Shown here: piece after piece, positions 13,600 through 25,512 of the stretch | Layout of the letters: each line of letters starts with the position of its first letter | How positions within the stretch are numbered: position 1 is the first letter of the stretch | Assembly: GCA_001643675.2 (NCBI GenBank) | Contig: LSRY02000014.1 | Coordinates: 1,736,001-1,800,000, forward strand | DNA from: Monocercomonoides exilis PA203 | Lineage: Eukaryota; Protista; Preaxostyla | Length of the DNA: 64,000 nucleotides | Direction: 5' to 3' | The notes under the pieces: model-generated | What the model was told of the DNA's origin: nothing | Database searches by the model: none | What the model saw: only the letters and a program-made list of their open reading frames with translations | Program-made: the position numbers and the translations under genes

Positions 13600-14240
13600 T
13601 CCTTAATCGCCAAAATAATTCATTCCACTCATCCTGCACTAACACTTTCTTCTTCTTTTATTTCTTCGTTAATTGCCACTTCCCCTACACTCTCCCTCTC
13701 CTATACCAAATGCACCATCACCAACATCCACTCAGCTCCACAAAACCAACAGACTGCTACCAATGGCGGGTGCATCTCATTCGCCTCATCTGCCTCTGCC
13801 AACACATTTTCGGTGAGCAACACAGCCTTCTCCACCTGCTCTGTGAGCGAGGATACAAGTTCTGGAGGAAGAGGCGGTGCTCTCATGATCGAGTTCAATG
13901 AAGGCTCACAAGTGTCAGAATCCTCCTTTTCCTTCACCAATTTCGTGTTTTCAGCCAACAAGGCCAGTGTCGGAAGAGATATGTATTTTGTGTGTGAATC
14001 CCTTGTCGCTTCTGTGAAGGAACCCTTGTTCGCCTTCATGAGAAGCATCACTCAAAAATAAAATACGATTGTTGGACACGATAGAACGCAAATGTTTAAC
14101 GATTGAGATGTTGACTTATTAATATTTCTCAGTTGACAATACGCAAACACGGTAGATATTGGTAGCGTGTCTGGTGTCAAGGAAGTGAATCGTGGTTTGG
14201 AGAAAGGATCATGTTTGAATGAGAACGACGGGATTGGACT
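13600..14240 (+). pseudogene. Decayed fragment of a receptor ectodomain module
   Basis: GGRGGALMIEF...FSANKASVGRDMYFVCESLVASV...DVDLLIFL*..GLEKGSC aligns with GGGLWVG...FEENRARSGMDVFVVCDDLRRVV...VDLFIFI..CGMEKCPC of the 45-kb protein. Several stop codons. Confidence 0.75.
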
Positions 14241-15589
14241 CCTGAAAAATGCGCAGAAAAATGTGGCAAAGACGAAGATAAAGGAGAAGATAAAATAAGC
14301 AGAAGATGAAGATGAAGACGCTGTTGTAGCAACAGAATTGCCTGTCTGTTTGTTTGTGTGTGCGTTTCTTGAAAAGTGAAAAGTCTAAAAAGGAAGTTAA
14401 AAATTATTAATTCTATTCATTCTTTTTCTCTCACTTTCTCTCTCCATCTCCTTCTCTTCCTCTCCCCTGGTTATATTTTTTTTCTCTCTATCCCCTTCTT
14501 CAGCCTCCATTCCCTTCGCTGCTTCTTTTCTATCTTAAGATTCCCTCCTTTCTTCTACTCTTTCACTTTCGTATTCTCACTGAAGATGTCGTGAGAAGGC
14601 GCAAAAGAAAAAATCGGTACGCAGATTCGGCTGGCGGTGTGTTTTTATACGGCCGAATGAAAATGTGGTGGAGTTGAAGAGGAGGTTAATGCAAGAAAGA
14701 AGAGAGGATTTCTGTTTCTGGTGATGTGAGCTTGGCTGACTAGAATAGCTAAGCTTCAAAGCGGTCGGTGGAGGTATATCTGAGAAGGAAGAAGTATACG
14801 AGAAGGAAGATGTGAAGGAGAAGCAGTTACAAAAGAAGGAGATACTGATAATAAAAAAGCTCTTTTGTTGATTTTGCAGAAATGAAGAATAAGAATAAGA
14901 AGAAGAAGAAGAAGAGGGATTACAGATGGTATTAAGAAGAACAACGCTGTCAGCTGCAACGGCGAGATCATTGGCGTTGAGATGCTCGATGGAGGAGCTT
15001 GAGCCATAGCCGAACACGAGCAGTGAAGAGGAAACACCGAGAGCAGAGAGGTTGGCGTGGGAGATAAAGAATGAAGAAATGTGAAGAGAACGAAGAGTGG
15101 GGCAGGAGAGATGGACGAAATTTTAAAAGAAGATTTATAGAAGAAGTTATCTCATGAAAACACAAAAAAGTGCGGAGTTGAGGTGGACATACTTGTCGGC
15201 TGCAGAAAAGAGGGAAGAGGATGCAGTGAGGGATCTGTCGAGAGGAGAAGAGGGAAGAGTGTGCAGATGCGAAGGAAGAGTGAAAAGAAATATTGCAGAA
15301 GATGAGGATGCAGTTATTGAGAAAAGCGACAATAGCAATGAGAAAGTTGTGGGGAAGAAAACAAGTACAAGATTTCCCGAGGTTCAATCGACTCGGATGA
15401 AAGCAAGGGAGATCGGTGTATCGAAGGAGGAGGCGAAGATTCAGAAGGCGTTGCAGATGGCGCGGGAGATATGGAGTGTAAATGTGGAGAGTAAAGCGCA
15501 GGGGACAAGCGGGGAGCAGTACTGGCAGGAAGAGGAGTCAGTATATAATTCGACGAATATCTGGTGGGTGTGGAAGAAGGTGATGAAGG

Positions 15590-16400
15590 GGAGGAGGAGA
15601 GATCAAGGACGGTAACGGTGTTGGTGTGGGAGGAGTCGGAGCAGGTGATGGAGGTGTTTGTGGCGAGGGAAGGCTGGGTGAAATCGAGGGAAAAGAGGTG
15701 CTCGTTGATTTGGTAGCGGATGCTGGAGCACTGGAGAAAGGCATCCTCATCCACGAAGGCGTCGTTCAATGCACAGCAGTGGTTGAAGATAGGGAAATGG
15801 ATAGAGTATTTTCGAACTCGGTGCAGTCGACAAACATCTCGCTGCCTCTGACTGTTAAGCCGGAGCAGATGCATTATGTGAGGATTTATGATAATATGCC
15901 CAACAGCTACTCCAGTTAAAATGGAATGAAGTATCTCGTAATATTGTTCAGCCGAATGCCCACTTGCGAGCAAATCGAAGCCCGTGTCCTCTTTCACAAA
16001 TGCCTTGTTGACCATGATTGCCCAGAAATACTCACAAGAGAGATCGAGCGAGATGAATCGGCTGTGTCCAACTCAAATCCGCTAAGCTTATTGAGAAAGC
16101 TCAAGTTTGTGCAGAACTTGATCCTGTTTAATTGGCTTATATCCACAACAGCCTGAAGCATGCTTTTAATTGTCAACTTCTATTTGTCATTCCTCGTATC
16201 GCATCCAGTTAACATCACATGCACAAGGGCAAACAACCTGATGGCATCAGCTGCATCCAAGAACATTTCGCCACCCAAGCCATGGCTCTGTTCCTCACTT
16301 ATCATAGATAAGGCGGTACACTCTCAAAGGATGAGCCGTTTATCAGCAGTACAGCCCCTGTCGCCAGCTCAGCTGTAACATTACCTCCTCTGGCTTTTGT
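15590..16400 (-). pseudogene. Decayed receptor-ectodomain fragments (two module ends joined)
   Basis: AFVDEDAFLQCSSIRYQINEHLFSLDF matches AFIGNDVFIVCDCIERQINETQFNLDF. Upstream, LNKLSGFELD..SISLV/YFWAIMVNKAFVKEDTGFD resembles LDELMGFEES..AIPLVLFWKSFPLFVTVSGSTGSD. Frameshifted. Confidence 0.65.
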
Positions 16401-17789
16401 TTGGTTCCTCATTTCCTGCACTGCCTCGCCTCTTCAAACCCCTGCCATATTCACCTGCCTGCCATCTCAACTCCACTTCGGCACACGCTCAGAAATCAAT
16501 TTTCTTCATTGAACAGCATTGCTGCCTTCATGCTGTATTTATAAAAACAAACTGCATGTCATATTTTATTGCATTTCGAAGTCGCTCAGGATCGGCCTTT
16601 CAGAGCTTAATTATACCTGCCTGATAAATTGTCTTTCCACATCTCAAAGTTTTCAGGTGCAACATGAGTTACGCTGTTGGTATGGCCAGTTGAATTGGAA
16701 GCTGCGCAAACGGTAGAATGCACCAAAAGCTATCAAACTTCTGACTCAAACGATAAGTCAGAAAGATTTTTATTATCAATTGATGCAGAGTTATCAGTGA
16801 ATATGGAAGTTTTGCAAACAGGCAGATCAGCTATCGCAGCAAAGCATTGAACGATGTTGAGGTCCAGATAACAGAAGGAAGCTTAAAAAAGGAGGAAGCG
16901 GAAGAAGGATTGTCAGAGAGGAAGATGAGGGAAAAGAAGTGTGGATGTCTGAAAGGAAGTTGCAAAAACGCTAAGGGAGCTTTTGATTTGTCTAAAGAAA
17001 AACTTCCTGAATTGCATAGATTCTTATCTTAATATTTTTTCTTTAATAATTTTTCTATAACTTTTTTAAATCAAATTTTTAAATCAATATCTTATTGAGA
17101 AACATTTGTATATGGGTAAATTTTTTTGAAAAGTTCCTCGACTTTAATTCTGTCCCACAAAAGATCAAAAATGATCAAAAAATATCGATCATTCCGTTCC
17201 CATTTAAGTTTCGAAAATGTTATTTGTTGTTATTTATTTCGCTTTTTATTGAAAAATAGGATACAAATTTGTTCATATCATATAAACTTTTAACTTTATT
17301 ACGAAATACACACTTGTTAGCAACTGCTTTCCAGCTATTTGAATCATATGAGTTGCATATTTTTATTTCTTCAATTTCATTTCATTAGTTCGAATATTCG
17401 TTATAAATTTATGGATGTTCTCTAAGTTTTTGTTATTTTCTTTTGTTGCAAACCAAATAAAATTGATTTGCTTTAATTCGAGAATTTTTCATTAAAAAAT
17501 TATCAGTTAGGAAAAGTTTATCAAAAATACACTTGTAACAATCGGAAGATATTTAAAAAGGAGTTGACATAAAGCAATTATTAATAAAATTTCAGAAAAT
17601 TGTGGAATGAAACATTTTTTTCCCGAAATAAACTGGAGTTGTTACAAACAAAAACAAATTTTATAAAAATTAATATTCAAATAGTTTGAATCATTCAAGT
17701 TTCTTTCATCTTGATATGTGCCTTTTTCTTCTCCCTTCCATTTTATATAAATACATTTTTGAAAGATATCCTGCTTCAAATATTTTTAT

Positions 17790-20700
17790 TGCTCGAAAAA
17801 TGAAGATTTCCGTGGCTGATTGATCTTCCTGATCCGAATGTGGATGTTGTGTTTGTATTTCCATTGGAGCTGTTGTATGACACGAAAGCCTATTTCAAAA
17901 TGCTTCTTGTGGCAGGGGTTGCGCAGAAGTCGTCTCTTCGCTCAGCGCCTGCGTCTTCTTTGTCTTCTTCAACTGGAGCAGCACGCCGATCGACTTCACC
18001 ATTTCGGAGGCGGAGAAGCGAAGAGAAGAAGGCGGCAGGAGATGATCAGCCATCATCAGCGCCTGCGATTGATCCTTCGGATGCGTCGGTGGTGGCAGCG
18101 TCATACACATCGGCAGGAGCGATGGACAACATCAAGAGGCGGCTGCGGATTGCGGTATCTGAGGATGCTGGTTTGAATGCGCTGCACATACCACAGTCGC
18201 TGCTGCTACTGTGGGGACATATTGAGGAGCTGTGAGCATTGCAGTGTGGGAGTGTTTTGTGTGTGCCTATGACGTGGCGCTTTCGGTGATGCTTTCGGTT
18301 CCGCTGGTGGCTCTGCTTTCTTCGCTTGTAACGTCGGTGTGCACGAAGTCGGGGAGCAAGTGGATATTTGCGGTGGCAGATGTGAATGCGATCCCGTCAA
18401 TCTATGATCTATTTGACCCATCAACGCAGATATGGAGATCACAGCAGTCGAGGTGTGCGGATGTGAAGTTGGGGAGATTGATTCGAAGGAGCTGTCAGAG
18501 GTGTGGCTGGGGATGGAGGATGTTATTCTGTCACAAGTATCGCTTGCGCTGGCTGTGCTGGAGGAGCAGGAAGAGGCAGAGGAAGGAGAAAGGGGAGGCA
18601 AAGAGGGAGAAGAAGAGGGAGAAGAAAAGGGAGGTGATGGGAATGAGGAGAAAGGCGGCTATCCAGCAGCGCATTGAATGTTTGTGGAGAGAATCAAAGG
18701 GAATCAGGGGAATCTGTAATAAGCGAGGCGCAGCTTGTTGTGGAGGAGCTTGGGCCGTGTCGGCTGAGGTTTGTGAAGGCTGATGCTGAGGTGGGTGTAA
18801 GCAAGCAGCATGCGGTGGAACCAGAAGTATGCAGTTCTTTGTCAGCCTATTGCATACAACAGGAGAACAGAAGAGCAGAAGAAGCAGCAGATGGGCCTTT
18901 GGGAATAATTTCAGATGGAAGTGAAGGAAGTGTGAGGAACAGGTGGAAATATAAGTTGATCATTTGACAATTATTGAGGAAAAAGATAAATCCGATGAAG
19001 AAGAAAGGTTAGATAGTCGTTTGACTTATGAGGAGTGATAAGAAGAAGAAGACGAAGAGGAGGAAAATGGAAGGAAAATTGAGTGCAGATAGAAGATGGA
19101 GTGTCGTGGTTGTTCTATTTGGTTGAGGAATTAAAAGAAGTGCCTAAAACCAAAAAGGCAATCAACAAAAGATGCTTGCGCGCATTGCACATGGGAAGAC
19201 TTTTGATGTGCTGGGCGAGCTGAACATGCAGCTGCCTTGAAGCTGTGCAAAGATGCAGATGAAATGGCGGAGATCCAGTTGAGAAACAAAGTCGAAGAGG
19301 AATCTAACTTTAGAGCCGAGCTAGATCCTCATGCAGCATGGGACAGAGAGTGAAACAAGGATAAAGCAGGCGATTTCAGAGGAATTTGTCGTTATGGATA
19401 ACTCCCTTGTTGAATGGTTCGAGCACAAAGCAGAGGAGTTCGAGTTTGTGATTGATATCTATATCAGCCAGGATGAGCTGAACCTCCTTGCGAATGTGCA
19501 CATTGTGATGAAGCAATGGTTACTGTACTGCGGAGTGAAAGCGTCTGTTGTGATGGAGCACAGATGATTCCGCGAAGGTGAAGTTCACAACGGAGAAAAG
19601 AATTGAAGCTTCACTGCAGAGCAGAGAAGGAGCAGAAGCAGGGAATGCGAAGGAGATTCTGAGCAATTGTTCAGCTACACTGTCAGTGCATGCGTTTGAG
19701 TGCGTGCTTGATAAGGCGTCTGATGCGGATAAACAACTGTTTTGGCAGGGTGAGTGAATGGAGGCAGAGGTGCAGAAGAGGGGGAAGCGGGTTCATTCAA
19801 AACGTTAGACAAGAGAATCGGTGTTGAAGAGGAATTTGTTCAGAAAAGACAGTCGAATGCTGTACAGACGATGGGTTTACGCGGCTATGATGCTTCGTAC
19901 GCCATTTCTAACCGACCACGCTTTCTCAGCGGTTGTTCCTATGGATGCTCCCATAGCATTAAAGATGGCAGCAGAGAATCTGCATTACAATTTTATTTCT
20001 TCTTCTTCTTCTTCTTCTTCTTCTTCTTCCTCCTCCTCCTCGTCGTCGTCTTCTTTGTAATTTTCTATTTTTTTTTTTAGTGTCTGTTCCTTCTTCTCAT
20101 CCTCCTCTTCATCTCAAGTATCTCATCTGTCACATTCCTCTTCTTCTCTCTCTTCATCAGCCTCAGCGCACACATCTCTGGAAGCACCTGCTTTGAACAG
20201 GATTTCAAATGCGTGTTTTCCGACAAGTTGCTCATCGATGTGCTTGTATCAATGGCTTCACAGTGTTTGCGCAGCTCCATCGACCGCCTCATCTCCAGAT
20301 GCGACGAAGAAGAGCACTTGTGCGACGAAAGGGACAAAGGCATCGGAGGTGGTCCATCATCAAGGTGAGTAGGAGATTTGAACAGACGAGGAGGCGAATA
20401 GAAGAAGCGCTTCTGCGACGAGGTGTGTAAAGATGGAGAGAGCATGCCAATGAGAAGCGGAGGCGCATCAGTTGCGGAAGAATAAAGATGCGCAATAAGA
20501 GCAGATGATAGGGATGAGGAGGAAGTGGTGGAGAAGATAACAGACGAAGTGACTGCAGCTGGCAAGTTTGATGAGGTAGTTGGGGCCACAACAGCAGCAG
20601 ATTGTTGGAGGCTTCCTGGATGAGCCAAATGAAAAGTGCGGGAAGGAGAGCTCGCCTGTGCGAGTGACTGCTACGATGTGGCTGAGGAAGTGCGGGTGTG

Positions 20701-22030
20701 GAGAGAGTTCGTGTTCAAAGAGGAAGACAATGATTGAGATTGAGATTGAGATTGAGATTTAGACTGAGACTGAGACTGAGATGAAGGCTGAGGCTGTCTG
20801 GTGAGTGCAGGGCCAGGCGAGGTGGATGTGGACATCTGCCGGATGGGCTGAGAGAAGGAAAGAAAAGCAGAGAAAGAGGAGGAAGCGAGAGATGTTGGAG
20901 AAGTCAGAGAGGCCAAGGAAGAAAAAGCAGAGGATGATAAAGGTGGAAGTGAAGACGACTACGACGAAGAAGAAGAAGATGATGATGATTCAATGAATGT
21001 AGTTAAAGATCCCTCAAGCACAATCGCCGGAGCCAACAGAGATGCAGACACAGAATACGATGTGTCATCAAAGAATGAGCGAAGCGTGGCTAACGCAAAA
21101 GTGGTAGAAAATGAAGTGTTTGAGGTACTGATTTCAAAGCGGTGCGCTGTTGATGAGTGTGTCCGTGCCATTGACGTGGTTGTTTGAGTGATGGCGGGTG
21201 CAGGAAAGATGGGGGAAGTGGCTGAGAAAGAGGCAAAGGTGGAAACTGTCAATGAAGGAGAAGTAGATATAGAAGAAGAAGAAGAAGAATTTAAAGGAGG
21301 AGGAGGAGAAGGGGAAGAAGGAGGAGGAAGAAGAGGAGGTGAAGAAGAAGATAAAGGAAGAGGAGGGGAAGGAAGAGGAGGGGGAGGAGGTGAAGAAGTA
21401 AAAGGAATGGAAAGAGAAGAAGAAAGAGAAGAAGATGTAGAAGAAATAGAAGGAGGAGAAGAAGAAGAAGAAGAAGGAAAGAGAGGAAACAATGGCTGGA
21501 GTTGAATGGTTTGGGGAAACGAGTGGAGATGAAGCAGGCGGTTGTGCAGGAGTTTTTGAATGTTTTGAGCAAAAAGAGGGAGATGATTGAGGATGAATGG
21601 AAGGCGATGTAGTATGTGGAGAGGGAGAAGATGCATGCGGCGCGGATGTTTGCGTGTGATGTGGTGATGATGAACACTACAGCTTCGGAGATGTCGGCAG
21701 AGGTGCTGATGCAAGCGACAGGATTGATCGCGCTGCAAAATGGCAGTGCGAAAAGGACATAAATCATTGCACTTGGGTATGATGGCACTCTTACGTAATT
21801 TTGTGGGTAACACTTTTTGCTGAGAAAAGTGTTTGTGCTATATCAAGAACATTTGATGATTAGGTCGTCGAATGTGTGTTGCAGCAGAGAGTGAGGGCTT
21901 ATGGTGGGGTGAAAGCAGAATGGAGGGTACTGGAGGCAGATTGGAGGGACAGGAAAAATATGTCGCAGGATGCGTAAAATGAAGTGCTGCTTGAGTTTCT
22001 GGAGAAGAAGAATGTGCAAAGAGTAGAAGT
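17790..22030 (+). pseudogene. Stop-riddled, GC/purine-rich remnants of unidentified protein-coding gene(s)
   Basis: Coding-like composition sharply different from the AT-rich flanks. Many short broken ORFs in alternating frames, with embedded microsatellites. No family recognised. Confidence 0.45.
20733..20782 (+). repeat. (GATTGA/GACTGA)n hexamer microsatellite
   Basis: Direct reading of the sequence. Confidence 0.85.
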
Positions 22031-22289
22031 GGATTTGTTGATGATTATATGGTAGTTAATGGAGAAAAGTGTATCTGAACTTGTGGTTTGGATACTGTTG
22101 GATGCATGTTGGATGGTGCTGTGGTGCTAATGCATGAGATAACAAAGGTGAAAGGTAGGCAAGTGTGTTGGAGTTTCTCCATTTGATAAATGTGCATATT
22201 TTTGTGTTTGGGATAGAAGAAGAAGAGCAGTGGGATGAGGAAGAAGAAGAGATGATGATGAAGAGAGAATGAAAATGGAGCGAAGAAAA

Positions 22290-22600
22290 AGGGATGACGG
22301 AAGAGAGAAGATGAGTTTTGATAATTCCGTTTCAACAATTGCTTTTATCAAAGCTGAATTGGATGTTGAACCTGAATCAGAGACTGCAGCCACTTTGATC
22401 ATCATTTCCCCTGATTTCATGCTTCTGATCAGCAAAGGTCAATTCATCACTCATCTGAATCATTCCATTCACAACAACTTTCTTAACCCCTGCAAGTCGT
22501 GTGAGAGAGCGCTTCATTGTCAAACATGGGAATTGAACAATTCCACAATGTGAGTGATCGGATGCCTCGGAATGGCTCACATATATTTCTTCTGGAGAGA
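22290..22600 (-). pseudogene. Receptor-ectodomain module-start fragment inside the 17114-23172 element
   Basis: SDHSHCGIVQFPCLTMKRSL matches SDHLKCGFSVSPCRTLQYAV. After a frameshift, ALIKAIVETELSKLIFSLPSSL matches GFIETRIETDISNISFSLPSSL (ORF 4066-6285). Confidence 0.75.
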
Positions 22601-23899
22601 GAAGGAGATGAACTCAGATTTATGTATATAATGTCATTGAGAATACAAATGTTGTCTATCAATTGTTAACTATTCAATTAAAAAAACATGATATAATAAT
22701 AAATAAAAAATAAAATTTATTTGTTAAAATTAAATGGAAACCACTAAACTTATCCGATTAACAGTTGCATCGTATGTGTGTTCTATCTTCGCAATCATGT
22801 CAAGTTCACGTGCATAATGCAAAAGAAAAACTCCACTCAAAGGAAATTTTAAATAAACATTTAAAATCAAGTTTGTCAGGATAAAGAATTGAAACGTACC
22901 TTGCACATTTCATTAATAAACAATTGCATAACCATCCATGCTAATTAAACCTTTTCATATTCAAAAACTGAAATTTTTATTTTGATCTAAATACTGGATA
23001 TATTATTTTTAGTTTCAAATAGTTTTTTCTCACAAAGAAGTTTGCAATGAACAAACAAACATAGTTGAAAAGGTTTAATTTTTTCATTTGAATTATGGTA
23101 ACGGAATGTTTAAAAATAAACTTCCATGGGTCAAATTTTTGATCTGATGTCACTTTTCAAAAAAATTTAGCCATATATAAAAATAAGAAACTTTCTATTG
23201 CTAATATGATTAAACATCTGCGTCACATGCCTTCTGACGTGAACATTTTAGGAGTGACGTGACGTGAATGAAAAAATTTTATTTTCTTATAAAAAAAATT
23301 TGAAAAAATAAAAAACAAGACATGCAAAGAAAAATTGAATTTTTTGTAATTCATCTTTCATTATTGAGAAGGCTTTTAAAATTTTTTTCATTTTATAAAA
23401 TGTTCATTTCAATTTTTATATGAACAATGGGTTGCGTCGTGATCATTTTTTAATGGTATTAATACCAAGGCATTCGCTTCACTGCCTGTCACTGACGTGA
23501 TTTAAGTCAGTGGTCTATTTTTTCAAATGTTTGTTTTTTTTATTTGAAAAAATGTTTATATGAAAGTTTTAAACTTGTTAAAATTTTTTATTTATCGTTT
23601 TTGAATAATTTTTATTTTTTCATTTTTTCAAATATTTTTTCTAACTTATTTCAATCTTTAAAGCACGCCCTTCACATAGATTTGGATCGGACAAAATATG
23701 TGCTTATCAAAACTCAAACAATGGCAGGAGTTTAGAGGCTGAGTATCAGAAGCGAATAACGGTTCGGAGAAGATTGGACGTGCAGTAGCGTGCGAGGTGC
23801 TGTGAGAATTTGTCAGCAGGCATGGGATGTTGAAAAGTGCAGAGCAGCAGCAGAGTTGGTTGTGATGGAGTCACAGTTATTCATGTTTTCAATGATATT

Positions 23900-24890
23900 T
23901 CAAAATTGAAATGGGAGATTGAGGAGGAAAGACGGATGCGTGCTGGTGGTTGAGGAGTGTGTAGTGAGATGGGAGGAGCTGACACAGATCGATATGCAGG
24001 TGATCCAACAGAGGAGGGAGCGTGCGGAGGTAAGGAGCACAGCAGTGAGCGGGGTGTTTGGTGCGGGGAGCAGGAGCGGGCTGTGCCGGATGGAGTCGCA
24101 GCTGGTGCTTGTGGAGGAGTGCGAGTGCCGGGTGTGGAACACGAGCGTTGTGAACTCGTCGAAGGGCGGGATCGGGCAGCGCGGGGGCGGGGTGGTAGAT
24201 GTGCGGGGCATCCGGAACGGGGAGCGGGCGGGGGGGAGCAGGTCGTGGTGGATCATGGAGGAGTGGTGTGTGGTGGAGGGGGCGAGTGGAGGGGCAGGCG
24301 GTGTGTACTTCCGGCCGGTGCTGACGAACGTCAGCTGGACAAGCAGCGCGGGTCAGGCGCGGCTGGAGTTTGTGGAGCGGGAGCTGGTGCAGTGCGGGCT
24401 GTTCTTCCAGATAATTGTACGGGGGGGCAGATGGGGGCAAGCGGGTGAGGACATACCGTTTTGAGAGCACAGGGCAGAACACGGAGCGGTGGGGGTTCGG
24501 GAGAATCGGGCGGGAGGTGATTGAGGAGAGCGAGGCAGAAGAGGAGGAGCTAGCGCGGGTGATGTATTCGAGCGAGGAGCTGGCTGTGGAGGAGTGGAGA
24601 AACGGGGAAGGGGGAGAAGGGGGAGAAGGGAGGGCAGGGGAGGATACAGTGAACGATGAGGCAGGGGAAGGAAGAAAGTTCAACGCAACAGCAGCAATTA
24701 TCTGTGGAAAGGAGAAAGAAAGGGGTGGGCAGTGGGAGGGGACTGTTTGAGCTGCATGGGTGGACGATCATACTGCATATTGAAGTGAGTACGGTGGGCG
24801 TGACATTGGTGATGACTGTGGGGTTCCACATGCAGCTGCGATGGAAGAGGAAGCAGCAGGAGCAGCGGCTTGTGCAACCCAAGGAGATTT
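23900..24890 (+). pseudogene. Captured receptor fragment: membrane-proximal ectodomain plus a TM-like segment
   Basis: LCRMESQLVLVEECECRVWNTSVVNSSKGGI..SWWIMEEWCVVEG..YFRPVL..LEFVERELVQCGLFFQII aligns with VCKWNGSVVEVKESSGEIRDTSFVNCSDGGL..SLWILNEGCEISG..FFIPEL..LRFKGKLLLPCNISFKIV. A hydrophobic stretch then RWK follows. Confidence 0.75.
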
Positions 24891-25454
24891 AAGAAGCAAA
24901 TTGGAAGAGTAAAGTGTGGAATAGATGCTCCGAAAGCATCGAAGGAATTGAAGGAAGAGCTGGAGAAGAAAGTGGTGATGAAGGATGGAGATCCATGATG
25001 GAAATAAAAAAGGGAATGGGGGATGTGGAAACGGAAGAGTGGAGGTGAAGTATGGGGTTTAGGAAGAGGAAGATAATTCTGAATATCAAGTTAGAGAATT
25101 GTTTGGAGTTGCGAATAAGAATGCAGGACGGATGCTGGAGCAGCAGCACTGCGAGTAATTTTCAGAGAAAGTTGTGTTGTGGGGTATGCACAGGTGCCGT
25201 CACATCCAGCGGAGCGGGGAGTCCTGGATGCTGCTGATGAACTTGAACCCGTGAGCAGTGATGGTGAATGGACTGGATGTGGCGATGAAGCAGGATAAGA
25301 TCCAACGGCGAGGAGAGGTGCGAACGTCGGAGGAGTGGGAAATGCAGTCAAAGGCACCGGATATTTTAGCGAGAGAAGATTATGGGAATGAAAGGAGGAA
25401 AAGGGAGCTGAGGGAAATAAGAGATGCAGTGCGGCTGGCGAAAAAGAAAAAGAA

Positions 25455-25512
25455 TAAGATAAAGATAAAGATAAAGATAAAGATAAAGATAAAGATAAAG
25501 ATAAAGATAAAG
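25455..25512 (+). repeat. (GATAAA)n hexamer microsatellite
   Basis: About nine tandem units read directly. Confidence 0.9.

Larger units (their letters stand above)
17114..23172. mobile_element. Putative ~6-kb non-autonomous TIR element carrying decayed gene fragments
   Basis: GGGTAAATTTTTTTGAAAAGT at 17114 and ACTTTTCAAAAAAATTTAGCC at 23152-23172 are a 20/21 inverted match, each flanked by ATAT. The same terminal sequence ends the MITE at 62582-62821. Exact outer boundaries are uncertain. Confidence 0.6.
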
